Assembly: GCA_963620375.1 (NCBI GenBank)
Contig: CAVFAM010000344.1
Span: forward strand, 1 to 32,652
DNA length: 32,652 nt
Source of the DNA: Bacteroidaceae bacterium
GTDB lineage: Bacteria > Bacillota > Clostridia > Lachnospirales > Lachnospiraceae
Reading direction: 5' to 3'
Positions within the stretch are counted from its first letter, which is position 1, and every line of letters starts with the position of its first letter. Shown here in pieces: positions 8,751 through 19,899 of the stretch. Both the position numbers and the translations under genes were made by a program. The notes below the pieces were generated by a model. It worked only from the letters and a program-made list of their open reading frames with translations, had not been told where the DNA came from and searched no databases.

Positions 8751-8786
8751 AGCCGTAGGGTAGAAATACCTTGCGGCTTATTTTTT
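8751..8786 (+). terminator. Terminator-like hairpin with GAAA loop
   Basis: AGCCGTAGGGTA-GAAA-TACCTTGCGGCT followed by TATTTTTT. Confidence 0.7.
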
Positions 8787-8807
8787 ATTAGAAAGAAGGT
8801 GAGAACA

Positions 8808-10730
8808 TTGAAGATAAAGAAAGTGGATGACAAACCTATGGTCATTCACACAAAGGAGAAAGCCAGGATTCATGCCCACGAGCCAAAGGGTGCCAAGATT
8901 AAAGGCAGCAACATCTATGCAGTAGAGAGAGGTCCTAAGACTATCGGTGCAAAGGTATCTGATGATAAAAAGAAGTCCTATCGCAAGAGTACCATTCATC
9001 AGTCGGAGGCTAAGGATAAAGGTCTTTCTAAGTTCAAGCGTAACATTAGAGAGTCAGGAACTTCAATCAAGACCAAGAATACGAATCTTCACATAGCAGG
9101 AAGAACCGGTGCACTTGCAGCCGGGGCAGTAACAGAGCAGGTGGAAGGCGGGCATGAGGTATCGCAGGCAGCATATCTTGCATATGAAGCAAGCCGACCT
9201 GTTACCGGAACTGCTTCTAAGGGTGCAGCACTTTTCAGGAAAAAGGCGGCAGCCGAGGCAAAGAAGCGTATCAAGAAGGTAGAGGCAGGAAAGAAGCTGG
9301 CAAAAAAGACAGCAAAGAAAGCTGCCAAAGATACAGCCAAGACGGTAGCTAAAGAGACGGCAAAAGAAACCGCCAAGACAACTGCCAAGGTTGCAACAAA
9401 AACTGCGACAAAGGCAGCTGCTACAGCGGCAGGAACAGCGGTTGCACCGGGAGTTGGTACTGCAATCGGCATGGCAGCCGGATATGCTGCAGGTGTGTCC
9501 ATAGAGGTCAAGGATGAAAAGATGACCAACCGGAGCAGGAAGATAAAATTCTTTCTGGATAAGATGAAAGCACAGGAGAATCAGACAGACAGCGTGGCAA
9601 AGCTGGTAAAGGATCTGATTGTGCGAAAAGCGATTACCTGGGTAAAGGCAGCTGCACCGATTATCGGATTGGTGCTTTTATTACTTGTTCTTGTAGTTGC
9701 CATGATTGCGGTTCCGGTTATAGCGGTGATAGCAATCCTTTACAATTCTCCATTTGCTTTATTTCTGCCACCACTTGAATCAGGAGATACCGTGCAGACA
9801 GTAACGAGTGCTTATGTGCAGGAGTTTAACCGGGATGTGAATACGAAAGTGAATGAGCATACCGGATATGACCTTGGAGAGCTTGTATATGTGGATTATG
9901 AAGGTATGGAAGAAAACCCAAGCAATTACTATGACATCATGGCAGTCTATATGGTCAAGCATGGTGTCGGAGATACAGCAACAGTCATGAATGATACTTC
10001 AAAAGGCTGGCTGCAGGCAGTTGTAAATGATATGTGTTCATACACCACAAGCACCGGAACAAAGGATGTGGAAGAAACAGATGCAGACGGCAATGTAACT
10101 ACTGTCACAAAGTCTGTTCTGTATGTGAATGTAACGCTGAAATCTTACAGGGATATGATTTCGGTCTATGGTTTTAATTCTGATCAGGTGGAAATGCTTG
10201 AGCAGATTATGAGTCCGGAGTTTATGGGACAGCTTGGATATGCCGGAAGCGGAAGTGGCGGCGGAGGCGGAAGTCCGGGGGTAAGCTCCATGACTGAGGA
10301 TGAAATCAATGCCATCCTAAACGAAATTACAGACAGCAGGCAGAAAACAGTCTGCTCCTATGCACTTCACAGAGTTGGCTTCCCTTATAGTCAGGATTTA
10401 AGGGACAGCGGTAACTATTATGACTGTAGCTCCTTAGCCTATTATTCATGGAAAGATGCAGGCGTGGATGTTAGTTACGGCGGGGCAACCACAGCGGCAG
10501 CGGAGGCACAGGGACTTGATGAAGCCGGAAAGACAGTCTCCTTTGATGAGCTACAGCCGGGAGACCTTATATTTTACAGTTTTACAAGCAACGGAAGATA
10601 TAAGAACATCAGCCATGTGGCAGTATATGTCGGAAATGGCAAGGTGGTAGAAGCACTTAATGAAAATCTTGGTGTGGTTTACCGGGATGTGGCAAGCACA
10701 GGAAAGATTGTTGTGATAGGAAGACCATAA
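8808..10730 (+). CDS. Conjugation cell-wall hydrolase with C-terminal NlpC/P60 domain (VirB1-like role)
   Basis: C-terminal GFPYSQ...YDCSSL...QPGDLIFY...HVAVYVGNG; internal transmembrane helix. Probable TTG start at 8808 after GAAGGTGA (the ORF track starts at 8724, upstream of a hairpin). Confidence 0.88.
   Translation: MKIKKVDDKPMVIHTKEKARIHAHEPKGAKIKGSNIYAVERGPKTIGAKVSDDKKKSYRKSTIHQSEAKDKGLSKFKRNIRESGTSIKTKNTNLHIAGRTGALAAGAVTEQVEGGHEVSQAAYLAYEASRPVTGTASKGAALFRKKAAAEAKKRIKKVEAGKKLAKKTAKKAAKDTAKTVAKETAKETAKTTAKVATKTATKAAATAAGTAVAPGVGTAIGMAAGYAAGVSIEVKDEKMTNRSRKIKFFLDKMKAQENQTDSVAKLVKDLIVRKAITWVKAAAPIIGLVLLLLVLVVAMIAVPVIAVIAILYNSPFALFLPPLESGDTVQTVTSAYVQEFNRDVNTKVNEHTGYDLGELVYVDYEGMEENPSNYYDIMAVYMVKHGVGDTATVMNDTSKGWLQAVVNDMCSYTTSTGTKDVEETDADGNVTTVTKSVLYVNVTLKSYRDMISVYGFNSDQVEMLEQIMSPEFMGQLGYAGSGSGGGGGSPGVSSMTEDEINAILNEITDSRQKTVCSYALHRVGFPYSQDLRDSGNYYDCSSLAYYSWKDAGVDVSYGGATTAAAEAQGLDEAGKTVSFDELQPGDLIFYSFTSNGRYKNISHVAVYVGNGKVVEALNENLGVVYRDVASTGKIVVIGRP
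9300..9431 (+). repeat. Low-complexity AKxT/A tetrapeptide coding repeats
   Basis: AKKTAKKAAKDTAKTVAKETAKETAKTTAKVATKTATKAAATAA within the NlpC/P60 protein. Confidence 0.8.
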
Positions 10731-10780
10731 CAGGAAATTTGCAGAGAGGGCATAGTCCCTCTCTGGGATTGGAGGTAAGA

Positions 10781-11677
10781 ATGGATTTGAAAGATATGAT
10801 ACTGGTAACAGAAAACAACAAGGGGACAGAGACAAATATGCTGATGACCTTGGATGATTATAAGAGTTTTATAGCAATTGATGACATGTCAGAGCTTGCA
10901 GACAATTTGTTGCAGCTTGGAAGGACGCTTGGTAAAGCAGATAACTTCACAGAGTATTACAGGGCAGCAAATGTAACTGTATCTGCGAGATTCTGTCTGG
11001 ATGATATTCAGCTGGGACATTTTCTTCAGGGATTTTATAACGATTCCAAAGAATTTCGGTTTGATAAAGAAGCCAGTTCTTCTGAATGTGTTGCAAAGCT
11101 TAAGGAGATTGGAATGACCGATAAGGGCTGGGGTGATGATTTTAACCTGCATTATGAAAGTGTGGACAGATCATTTGAAAGGGGACAGACGTTTCATAAC
11201 TTCAATGACCATGATTACATGGTGCTTGAAGCATTATCACCAAGAAATCTTGTGGTGATGGATATGAAGTCAGGTTCTCTTACAATTGCCCTTGGTGCGA
11301 CAGAGTATAAGCGTTATCCGAAGGATGAGAAGCCTACAAAGGACAATACCACAATCGGGGTATCGTGGGAGCATGGGATTTATCTTGGTTCCACTCTCTC
11401 AACCACGAATTTCAAGGCATACAAGAGGGAGTATGGAACACCGGAAAAGATAGAGGATATCTATGATTACAGGGCAAAGCTAAAGCAGAAGTTCTATTTT
11501 TATCAGGATATGTCAAAGGATGATGATGTGCCAAAGAAGCTGCAGAATGACTTCCTTCACCAGATGTATGAGGATTTTGGAACGATTGAAGAGGACTGTT
11601 TTTACGACAGGCTGGAAGATGGAAAGTACGATGAGGGCTTTAAGGAAAGACAGGTAAAGGAAGAAAAGAGCCGGTGA
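10781..11677 (+). CDS. Hypothetical ICE protein
   Basis: Long ORF; ATG 10781 after GGAGGT RBS; preceded by hairpin CAGAGAGGG-catagt-CCCTCTCTG (10742-10765). Confidence 0.75.
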   Translation: MDLKDMILVTENNKGTETNMLMTLDDYKSFIAIDDMSELADNLLQLGRTLGKADNFTEYYRAANVTVSARFCLDDIQLGHFLQGFYNDSKEFRFDKEASSSECVAKLKEIGMTDKGWGDDFNLHYESVDRSFERGQTFHNFNDHDYMVLEALSPRNLVVMDMKSGSLTIALGATEYKRYPKDEKPTKDNTTIGVSWEHGIYLGSTLSTTNFKAYKREYGTPEKIEDIYDYRAKLKQKFYFYQDMSKDDDVPKKLQNDFLHQMYEDFGTIEEDCFYDRLEDGKYDEGFKERQVKEEKSR

Positions 11678-11704
11678 TGAGATTTTTACAGGAGGCGATA
11701 TCAT

Positions 11705-11923
11705 ATGGAACAGGAATTTGATGTTGAGATAAAGGAAGTGCTTTCACGAGTACAGAAAGTAAAGGCAGAGTCGCTTGACGATGCCATCAATAAGGCAATG
11801 GATATGTATTATGCAGAGCAGATAGTCCTTGGAGCAGAGGACATGAAGGGAGTTGATTTCTCGCCATTCAGCGAAGGTCAGCTCCCTTCTTCATTAAAAG
11901 AAAACGGAGGAAGAACAAGATGA
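11705..11923 (+). CDS. DpnD/PcfM-like small protein
   Basis: FDVEIKEVLSRVQKVKAESLDDAI...Y...IVLGAEDMKGVDF pattern; RBS AGGAGG. Confidence 0.7.
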   Translation: MEQEFDVEIKEVLSRVQKVKAESLDDAINKAMDMYYAEQIVLGAEDMKGVDFSPFSEGQLPSSLKENGGRTR

Positions 11924-12288
11924 AAAGTGATTCAACAACAGTAATTAAGAACATGGAGTTTTTAGTAAAGGAACTTCATAAGGAGTGGGACAGATCGGGT
12001 GCTTCTAAGGCATCCGTTATTATTTCCCTTGAGGAAGTAGATGGTATCAATGATAAGTTAAAAGAGATTATCTATCAGACACAGAAGTCAGTCGATGAGG
12101 ATGAGCTGACCTTTAAACAGAGCATTGCAAAGTCCAAGGAGTGCTATGTGCTTCTTCGTGTTATGCGTAAGATTGCAAAGAAAAAGGATAAATGTGAAAA
12201 ACAGGCAATCGACAATGAATTTGCAATCGAGCTGGATAAGGAAGAGTTAAAGCTCTTTAAGGGATTGTTTGTAGAGATGTTTAAGTAG
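11920..12288 (+). CDS. Hypothetical ICE protein
   Basis: ATGA overlap with the previous gene; RBS GGAGG. Confidence 0.7.
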   Translation: MKSDSTTVIKNMEFLVKELHKEWDRSGASKASVIISLEEVDGINDKLKEIIYQTQKSVDEDELTFKQSIAKSKECYVLLRVMRKIAKKKDKCEKQAIDNEFAIELDKEELKLFKGLFVEMFK

Positions 12289-12302
12289 AGGAGGACAAAG
12301 GT

Positions 12303-15300
12303 ATGGGCGTTGATATGAAGGTCAAAGCGATATACGATTCTGAGATTGGTAACATCACCAGATCAGAAAAGAACTGGAAGGATGTGTTAAAGGTCGCAGG
12401 TCAGTTATACCGCTATGAATTTGACAATATCGTTATGGTAACAGCGCAAAGACCTCCGGAAAAAAGCACACTCATGGCAGATTATGATACCTGGAAAAAG
12501 GTGGGAAGATATGTAAAGCGTGGTGCGAAAGGTTGCGCCATCTTCCCGTCAAGGGCACTGAATCCACGCATGAGGTATATCTTTGATATTAGTGACACCG
12601 GAGGGAAGAATGTCAAACTGACATGGGACCTAGAGGGAGAAAATCTTAAAGATTATGTGGATTTTCTTGTGTCAGAAGGTCAGATTGAGCAGTACGATAA
12701 CAGCGACAGGGAGTCTCTAAAAAATATATTAAAACAGTTTACAGGAACAGATGTTTGGCTTATAATAAAAGAAGAGTTCGGAGACCGAATGACCGAGCTT
12801 ATGCAGCTATCAGGTAGTGTGATAAAGGAAGAAAGTAAGAAACGCAATGGCTTACAGCAGGAAATGGACATGGAGCAGCTTGTATATGCAAGTGTCATGT
12901 ATGCTGTAGGGACGAGATGCGGATTTGACTTATCTGTGCAAGAACAGGATTTCAGTCAGATCGTAAATATCAAAGACGAAGAGATCATTTACCGTCTTGG
13001 TTCCATTGTATGCGATGTCTCCTGTAGTGTTCTTAGAGAATTTAGTCGTAACTTAAAGACAATCGAGAGCGAAAGGAGAATTGGATATGTTAGAAGAAAT
13101 GACTTACAAGGAAGTGGACGGACTGCTTTATCCGCAGATAGAGATGCCGGACGAGACGGAGGATCTCACGAAGCTGGGCAAATACGGAAGGATGGCGATG
13201 AACTATCTAAAGGAGAACGAGCCGGCAAGATACAAGACGCTGATGAGATTCGGGAAGATGTACGAGAAGATGTCAGCGGTAGAGGAGGAAGCGAATCAGC
13301 TGTACGACCAGTTAGAGATGCAGTACCTAGAGAAGCACAAGCCACAGGATCCGTCATCGACAATGGAGATGTGGAAGATAAGAGAGCAGGCGAAGATGCA
13401 GGCAGAGGAAGTGGTACTGAATCAGGTAGTGATGCGATTCCACTAGAATCAGATGATACAGAACTGAATAGGGAACTTGATGAAATCAATTCATTAGGTG
13501 TTAGTAAGGAAGCCGAATATACACAGGCTTCCTTTTTTTTCGACCAGAACGGGCAGGCAAGCATTGGCACCATTCATACTGAGGATGAAAACAATAATCA
13601 GTTTATGCGTCAGTACGAGCAGGACAGAAAAGCAGTATTAGCAGGTAAATACAATTACCTGAATCCCAAAAAGTCTGCAACAGTGCCAGGAGAGTATATC
13701 AAACAGGTGCTTATGAGAGGTACAGGTTTTATCGGTGGCAAGGGCAGGGTATGCAAGATTTTTGAAACAGAGATTGATGCAGGAACCAGGGCAAAGCGTA
13801 TCAAAGCAGAATATGGTCAGGGAGGTGCAGGCTGGCCGGTTGACGGACTAGGACTGCACGGATATGACACATTTCATGGGAACGGACTGCGTTTTCAGTG
13901 GCGAGATGAGGATGGAGAGGTTGAAGGATATGTTTCGTGGAAAGATATCGAAAAAGAGCTTGGTGTCCTTATTCTTACGGGGGAATATCAGCCTGAGGCA
14001 CCTCGTATTGATGAGCTTGCGATGGACGGACTCCGTGAGGATGATGAGGTCATTGATGCCGAATACCGGGAAGTGGAACCGGAAGAGGCAGAATCAGAGA
14101 TTGATGATTATGCAATTCCTGATGAGCCGGAGAGCTATGCTTCTAACCGAACTGTAGAAGTAGCAAATTCTCATGAAGATGCGCACAAGAAAAGTAATGA
14201 AGCATATGTATCTGCATATGGCATGACACCACAAGAAGCTGCCGATGAAGACCGCATGGTAACACAGTCAGAATATGGTGCTGAGATAGAAGCTGAAACA
14301 ACTGAAAAAGATCCATCAGAGCTTAAGTATATTACACCAATTGATTATGCCAAGAGGATAGCAGAGCTTGATGAAGACCTGCGTGATGCGGCGGAGATTC
14401 TTGTGACAGATTGCAGCTGCTACACTCCGTTTAGGGCATTCCTTATGGATGTGGTGCAGTCTGATTTTGCATTTATGCCAAATAAACTTGACCTTATCAG
14501 GGATATTGCATTAGGGACAGATAATGCAGAAAGAAAGGCATATTCCAACAATAAGTATGGTCTTGTGGAGTACTCAATCAGAAGCGGGTATGTGAAGATC
14601 AGCTATAAGAACAGGAATGGTGTGCGTAAGGAAGGTGCACTCGACTGGCGTGAGTTATATGAAATCTTATCTTATATGGTAAAACAGCCATTTTACTGCG
14701 GAGAAGACCAGAAGAAGTATTATCAGGAGACAAAGCAGAAAGCTGACAGGGATAAGATGAATCCGGTCTATAAGAGATTCTTTGATATCGAGGATAGTGT
14801 AAAAGCCAATCGTCTTGAAACCAGGGAAAGAGCAATAGCGAATGGCTGGGATACCAAGATTGACGAGAATGGACATGTGGTTTCAGATGATGCAGTACAG
14901 AAAAAATGCAACTTCCATTACAACCTCTGGGAAATGGAAAAAGGTGGAGCTAAGACCAGATACCAGTGGAATATTGATGCAATCCGCACGTTAAAACAGA
15001 TTGAATCAGAGAATAGGCTTGCCACACCAGAGGAACAGAAAGTTCTGTCGAAGTTTGTCGGATGGGGCGGACTGTCACAGGCATTTGATGATAATAATGA
15101 AAGCTGGAGCAGGGAGTATGCAGAACTTAAGAACCTTTTATCTGATGAGGAATACAGTGCGGCAAGGGCAACAGTAAATAATGCCTTTTATACTTCACCG
15201 GAGATTGCCATGTGCATAAATTCGGCACTTGTCCAGTTTGGTTTCAGAGGCGGCAATGTATTAGAGCCATCCATGGGTATCGGTAACTTCTTTGGAAGTA

Positions 15301-18300
15301 TGCCGGCACCAATGCAGAGAAGCAAGCTGTATGGGGTGGAGCTTGACAGCATTTCAGGAAGAATCGTAAAGCAGCTTTATCAGAATGCCAATATCAGTAT
15401 TACAGGATTTGAGAATACCACATATCCGGATAACTTCTTTGATGTGGTTGTCGGAAATGTGCCATTTGGTGATTATAAGGTATTTGATCCAAAGTACAAC
15501 AAGTATAACTTCCGTATTCATGATTATTTTCTTGCAAAAGCACTCGATCAGGTTAGACCGGGAGGAATGGTTGCGGTGATTACCACAAAGGGAACACTTG
15601 ATAAGGCAAATCCTACTATCCGAAAGTATTTGGCTGAAAGGGCAGAGCTTGTGGGAGCGATAAGGCTTCCAAATACTGCATTTAAAGATAATGCAGGAAC
15701 TGAAGTGACAGCAGATATCCTGTTTCTGCAGAAAAGGGAGAGAAAGATTGATATTGAGCCGGACTGGGTACACCTTGGTGTGACTGAGAATGGCATTGCT
15801 GTCAATTCATATTTTGCAGAGCATCCGGAAATGATGCTTGGTTCTATGGAGTATGATACAAGGATTTACGGACAGGACAGCAGATATACAGTCTGTGTGA
15901 ATGATGATGAGAACTTCAATATGTATGAAGCATTAAACAAAGCTATCGGTAATATCAAAGCACAGATGACAGATTTTGAGAGAGTGGCAGATGAGGCGGA
16001 GCAGACGGAGGAAGTTATCCCGGCTGATCCGGACGTGAGAAACTACACTTACACATTTTTTGAAGGAAAGCTCTATTACAGGGAAAATTCTGAGATGGTA
16101 AGAAAAGAGGTATCACAGACTGCAGAGGAGAGAATCAGAAGTCTTGACGAAATCAGACAGATAACAAGAGAGCTGATTGATATCCAGATGGATGGCTGCA
16201 GCGAGGAGGAGCTTTCTGATAAGCAGAGACTTCTTAATGTGAAATACGATGCCTTTATAAAGCAGTATGGAGCCATTACTTCAAAAGCAAACAGAATAGC
16301 ATTTCGAGATGACAGCGATTACCCGCTTCTTTGCAGTCTTGAGGAAGTAAATGAAGACGGGGAGGTGAAAAAAGCGGATATGTTTTATAAACAGACGATT
16401 AAGGCAAAGACTGTCATAGACAGAGTGGAGACTGCTGTGGAAGCATTAAATGTATCCGTCAATGAATTTGGATATGTAAACCTTGCCTATATGCTCTCTA
16501 TCTATGAGCCTGATATTACAAATGCAAAGGAAGAGCTTGCAGAAAAGTCCGGGCAGACATCTGATGAGGTAACATTTAGTGATGATGCTTTGGCAGAGCT
16601 TAGAAGGGCAGTTCTTGTGGAAGAGCTGGACGGACTGATTTTCCTTAATCCCGACCGTTACAACGAGAACAATCCTGATATCGGCTGGGAGACAGCAGAC
16701 GAGTATCTTTCCGGCAATGTGAGAGACAAGCTACGTGTAGCAAAGGCTATGGCGGCTGATACCGACAATCTGCAGGAAGAAAGATTTGCAGGAAATGTGG
16801 CAGCACTTGAAAAGGTGCAGCCGGAGTGGATTGAAGCATCAGATATTGATGTAAAGATTGGTACGACATGGATTGAGCCGCTTGATTATGAGCAGTTTAT
16901 CTATGAACTTCTCAATACACCAAGGCGTGCAAGAGCAGTCAGAAGCCAGTATTACAATACAGGCATTCAGGTACACTTAAATAAGATGAGCATGGAATGG
17001 TTCATCGAGAATAAGAGCATGGATAAGCATTCAGTGGCAGCTACTAAGACCTATGGTACAAGCCGCATGGATGCTTATTCTATTTTTGAGGATACGCTGA
17101 ATCTTAAAACTGTAACAGTTAGGGACAGGATTGATGACGGTGATGGCAAATATCATTACGAAGTCAATAAGAATGAGACAATGCTTGCAAGGGAAAAGCA
17201 GAACATGATCAAGGAGAAGTTCAAGGAATGGCTGTTTGCAGAGCCGGAGCGAAGACAGAAGTATGTGGAATATTACAACGAGACATTCAATAATATCCGT
17301 CTGCGTGAGTATGACGGAAGCCACTTACAGTTTCCGGGAATGAATCCGGCGATTGAGCTAAAGCCTCATCAGAAGAATGCAGTGGCAAGAATCCTTTTAG
17401 GGGGAAATACCCTGCTGGCACACTGCGTCGGTGCCGGAAAGTCCTTTGAGATGATGGCAGCCTGCATGGAGCAGAAGAGACTTGGACTTGCCAATAAGAC
17501 GATCATGGTTGTTCCAAAGCCGCTTATCGGGCAGACTGCATCAGAGTTTTTAAGGCTTTATCCGTCAGCAAATATCTTAGTAGCCACGGAGCGTGATTTT
17601 GAAAAAAGCCGCAGAAAGCAGTTTGTATCAAGGATTGCGACAGGTGACTATGACTGTATCATCATGTCGCACTCGCAGTTTGAGAAAATCCCAATCTCAG
17701 CAGAGAGAAAGGAAAGAATGCTCAATGAGCAGATTGATGAGATAAGCTATGCGATTGACGAGATGAAGGAACGTAACGGAGAGCGATGGACTGTAAAGCA
17801 GATGGAAAGCCAGAAGAAAAAGCTGGAGGAACAGCTGAAATCCTTATCTGATGAGAGCAGAAAGGATGACCTTATTACCTTTGAGGAGCTGGGTGTAGAC
17901 TCTATCATGGTAGACGAGGCACATAATTTTAAGAACCTTGCCATATTTTCCAAGATGAATAATGTGTCAGGTATCAGCAGCAGTGGAGCTAAGAAGTCAA
18001 CGGATATGCAGCTTAAATGCCAGTATTTATCAGAGATAAATGATGGCAGAGGCATTGTATTTGCAACAGGTACACCGATATCCAATACCATGTGTGAGAT
18101 GTATGTCATGCAGCTTTACTTACAGAAAGCGGCACTTGAAGAGATGGGAATCCATCACTTTGATTCATGGGCGGCAAACTTTGGTGAAGTGACAACAGCA
18201 CTTGAGCTTACTGTAGAGGGAAGCGGTTTCCGTTTTAAGAGCAGATTCAATAAATTTACAAATCTGCCGGAGCTTATGAATATCTTCCGTGAGGTGGCAG

Positions 18301-19886
18301 ATGTGCAGACAGCCGACATGCTTGACCTTGATGTGCCAGCCCTCAGAGGCGGCAAGCCTATTATTGTGGAGTCGGAGCCTGACTGGTATGTAAAACAGGT
18401 CATGGAAGACTTTGTTGTGAGGGCAGAGCGTATCAGAGGTGGTGGAGTTGATCCAAGCGTGGATAACTTCCTAAAGATTACCCATGAGGCAAGACTACTC
18501 GGAACAGATGCAAGGCTGATTGATAAGGATGCACCAAACAATCCGGATGGAAAGCTCAATAAGGTTGCAGAAAATGTCTGGAAAGAATATGAGAAAGGAA
18601 ATGCTGCTGGTCATATAGGCTGTCAGCTTATTTTTTCTGACATCGGCACACCGGGACCGGATAAGGACTTTACCATTTATGATTATCTGAAGGAAACACT
18701 GATACAGTATGGTATTCCGACAGATGAGATAGCATTTATCCATGATGCCAAGACGGATGCACAGAGGGACGCACTTTTTAAGGAGATGAGGACAGGTAAA
18801 AAGAAGGTTCTTATCGGTTCAACGGACAAGTGTGGAACAGGTGTCAATGTGCAGACACACCTTGTTGCAATGCATCATGTAGACTGCCCTTGGAAGCCAA
18901 GCTCAATAGAACAGCGAGAAGGACGAGGCATCAGGCAGGGCAACGAAAATGAAGAGGTTGCAATCTACAGATATGTCACAAAAGGAACCTTTGATGCATA
19001 CAACTGGTCGCTTGTCGAAAATAAGCAGCGATTCATCAGTCAGGTCATGACAAGCAAGGCAGTAAACCGAAGCTGTGAGGATATCGACGAGGCTACACTT
19101 TCCTATGCAGAGATTAAGGCGGTTGCCACAGGCAATCCTCTTATTCGTGAGAAGATGGAGATTGACAATGATGTCCAGAGATTAAAGCTCTTGAAGGCAT
19201 CCTATGACAATCAGAGATACGGATTGCAGGACAACTTTATGATTAAGTATCCGAAGCTAATCAAGACAGCAACAGAAAAGCTTGCCAATGTCCGTGAGGA
19301 TGTAAAGGCAAGGGATAAAGAGCTGATTGATAATCCGGAATTTGCGATTACAATAGGCAAAGCAACTTACACAGAGCGTGTGGATGGCGGAACGATGATG
19401 CTTGAAGCAATCAGCAAATGTAAGACCGGAGAGACAACTGCAATCGGTAAATTCCACGGATTTGAGCTGCTTGTGGAAAAGAATTTCCTTGGCATCAATT
19501 ATATGGTGCTTCGAGGAAAGACAGAGTACAAGGCAGAGCTTTCCACCAGTCCGGTCGGCAGTATGGTAAAGCTGGAAAACCTGTTCAACGGACTCCATGA
19601 GAACATTGATTTCTTAGAAAAGAAGATTGAGCAGTACCAGAATGACCTTGAAGCATCAAAGGCAGAGTATGACAAGCCATTTGCGTACAGTGAGGAACTG
19701 AATGAAAAACTGGCAAGGCAGTGTGAACTGAATGCCCAGCTTGACATTGAGAATGCAAAGGCTGTGGATGCAGACCTGAGCGGACAGGAGGAAGAAAGAG
19801 AAGCAGATGACAGGATGGAAGCTGCAGCAATTGTAGCAGAGGATAAAGGTGCTTATCCAGCCGACAGAGAGGGCAGAACACGATAG
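12303..19886 (+). CDS. Giant multidomain protein: ArdC-N-like ssDNA-binding domain, N6-adenine methyltransferase and SNF2-type helicase (DarB-like)
   Basis: N-terminal [10 protein letters not shown]...[16 protein letters not shown]; MTase motif [12 protein letters not shown] and motif IV GNVPFG; helicase [18 protein letters not shown] and [11 protein letters not shown]. Confidence 0.9.
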   Translation: MGVDMKVKAIYDSEIGNITRSEKNWKDVLKVAGQLYRYEFDNIVMVTAQRPPEKSTLMADYDTWKKVGRYVKRGAKGCAIFPSRALNPRMRYIFDISDTGGKNVKLTWDLEGENLKDYVDFLVSEGQIEQYDNSDRESLKNILKQFTGTDVWLIIKEEFGDRMTELMQLSGSVIKEESKKRNGLQQEMDMEQLVYASVMYAVGTRCGFDLSVQEQDFSQIVNIKDEEIIYRLGSIVCDVSCSVLREFSRNLKTIESERRIGYVRRNDLQGSGRTALSADRDAGRDGGSHEAGQIRKDGDELSKGERAGKIQDADEIREDVREDVSGRGGSESAVRPVRDAVPREAQATGSVIDNGDVEDKRAGEDAGRGSGTESGSDAIPLESDDTELNRELDEINSLGVSKEAEYTQASFFFDQNGQASIGTIHTEDENNNQFMRQYEQDRKAVLAGKYNYLNPKKSATVPGEYIKQVLMRGTGFIGGKGRVCKIFETEIDAGTRAKRIKAEYGQGGAGWPVDGLGLHGYDTFHGNGLRFQWRDEDGEVEGYVSWKDIEKELGVLILTGEYQPEAPRIDELAMDGLREDDEVIDAEYREVEPEEAESEIDDYAIPDEPESYASNRTVEVANSHEDAHKKSNEAYVSAYGMTPQEAADEDRMVTQSEYGAEIEAETTEKDPSELKYITPIDYAKRIAELDEDLRDAAEILVTDCSCYTPFRAFLMDVVQSDFAFMPNKLDLIRDIALGTDNAERKAYSNNKYGLVEYSIRSGYVKISYKNRNGVRKEGALDWRELYEILSYMVKQPFYCGEDQKKYYQETKQKADRDKMNPVYKRFFDIEDSVKANRLETRERAIANGWDTKIDENGHVVSDDAVQKKCNFHYNLWEMEKGGAKTRYQWNIDAIRTLKQIESENRLATPEEQKVLSKFVGWGGLSQAFDDNNESWSREYAELKNLLSDEEYSAARATVNNAFYTSPEIAMCINSALVQFGFRGGNVLEPSMGIGNFFGSMPAPMQRSKLYGVELDSISGRIVKQLYQNANISITGFENTTYPDNFFDVVVGNVPFGDYKVFDPKYNKYNFRIHDYFLAKALDQVRPGGMVAVITTKGTLDKANPTIRKYLAERAELVGAIRLPNTAFKDNAGTEVTADILFLQKRERKIDIEPDWVHLGVTENGIAVNSYFAEHPEMMLGSMEYDTRIYGQDSRYTVCVNDDENFNMYEALNKAIGNIKAQMTDFERVADEAEQTEEVIPADPDVRNYTYTFFEGKLYYRENSEMVRKEVSQTAEERIRSLDEIRQITRELIDIQMDGCSEEELSDKQRLLNVKYDAFIKQYGAITSKANRIAFRDDSDYPLLCSLEEVNEDGEVKKADMFYKQTIKAKTVIDRVETAVEALNVSVNEFGYVNLAYMLSIYEPDITNAKEELAEKSGQTSDEVTFSDDALAELRRAVLVEELDGLIFLNPDRYNENNPDIGWETADEYLSGNVRDKLRVAKAMAADTDNLQEERFAGNVAALEKVQPEWIEASDIDVKIGTTWIEPLDYEQFIYELLNTPRRARAVRSQYYNTGIQVHLNKMSMEWFIENKSMDKHSVAATKTYGTSRMDAYSIFEDTLNLKTVTVRDRIDDGDGKYHYEVNKNETMLAREKQNMIKEKFKEWLFAEPERRQKYVEYYNETFNNIRLREYDGSHLQFPGMNPAIELKPHQKNAVARILLGGNTLLAHCVGAGKSFEMMAACMEQKRLGLANKTIMVVPKPLIGQTASEFLRLYPSANILVATERDFEKSRRKQFVSRIATGDYDCIIMSHSQFEKIPISAERKERMLNEQIDEISYAIDEMKERNGERWTVKQMESQKKKLEEQLKSLSDESRKDDLITFEELGVDSIMVDEAHNFKNLAIFSKMNNVSGISSSGAKKSTDMQLKCQYLSEINDGRGIVFATGTPISNTMCEMYVMQLYLQKAALEEMGIHHFDSWAANFGEVTTALELTVEGSGFRFKSRFNKFTNLPELMNIFREVADVQTADMLDLDVPALRGGKPIIVESEPDWYVKQVMEDFVVRAERIRGGGVDPSVDNFLKITHEARLLGTDARLIDKDAPNNPDGKLNKVAENVWKEYEKGNAAGHIGCQLIFSDIGTPGPDKDFTIYDYLKETLIQYGIPTDEIAFIHDAKTDAQRDALFKEMRTGKKKVLIGSTDKCGTGVNVQTHLVAMHHVDCPWKPSSIEQREGRGIRQGNENEEVAIYRYVTKGTFDAYNWSLVENKQRFISQVMTSKAVNRSCEDIDEATLSYAEIKAVATGNPLIREKMEIDNDVQRLKLLKASYDNQRYGLQDNFMIKYPKLIKTATEKLANVREDVKARDKELIDNPEFAITIGKATYTERVDGGTMMLEAISKCKTGETTAIGKFHGFELLVEKNFLGINYMVLRGKTEYKAELSTSPVGSMVKLENLFNGLHENIDFLEKKIEQYQNDLEASKAEYDKPFAYSEELNEKLARQCELNAQLDIENAKAVDADLSGQEEEREADDRMEAAAIVAEDKGAYPADREGRTR
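13087..13446 (+). CDS. tnpV: TnpV-like protein nested in the +1 frame of the giant helicase gene
   Basis: [13 protein letters not shown]...[23 protein letters not shown]...W...[10 protein letters not shown] matches the TnpV family pattern; own RBS AAAGGAG (13072-13078) 8 nt before ATG 13087. Confidence 0.75.
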   Translation: MLEEMTYKEVDGLLYPQIEMPDETEDLTKLGKYGRMAMNYLKENEPARYKTLMRFGKMYEKMSAVEEEANQLYDQLEMQYLEKHKPQDPSSTMEMWKIREQAKMQAEEVVLNQVVMRFH

Positions 19887-19899
19887 GAGAGTGAGTAAT

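Noticed and set aside
8724..8807. ORF-track start of the NlpC/P60 gene at 8724
   Set aside because: The extension runs through a terminator hairpin; TTG at 8808 has a suitable RBS.
9089..9529. Minus-strand 146-aa hydrophobic ORF, and similar antisense ORFs such as 3660-4100, 5709-6152, 13166-13573 and 21778-22200
   Set aside because: Shadow frames of well-supported plus-strand genes, with no recognisable motifs.
13864..14157. Another same-strand alternate-frame ORF inside the giant helicase gene
   Set aside because: Unlike the TnpV-like ORF, it has no clear RBS and no recognisable family pattern.
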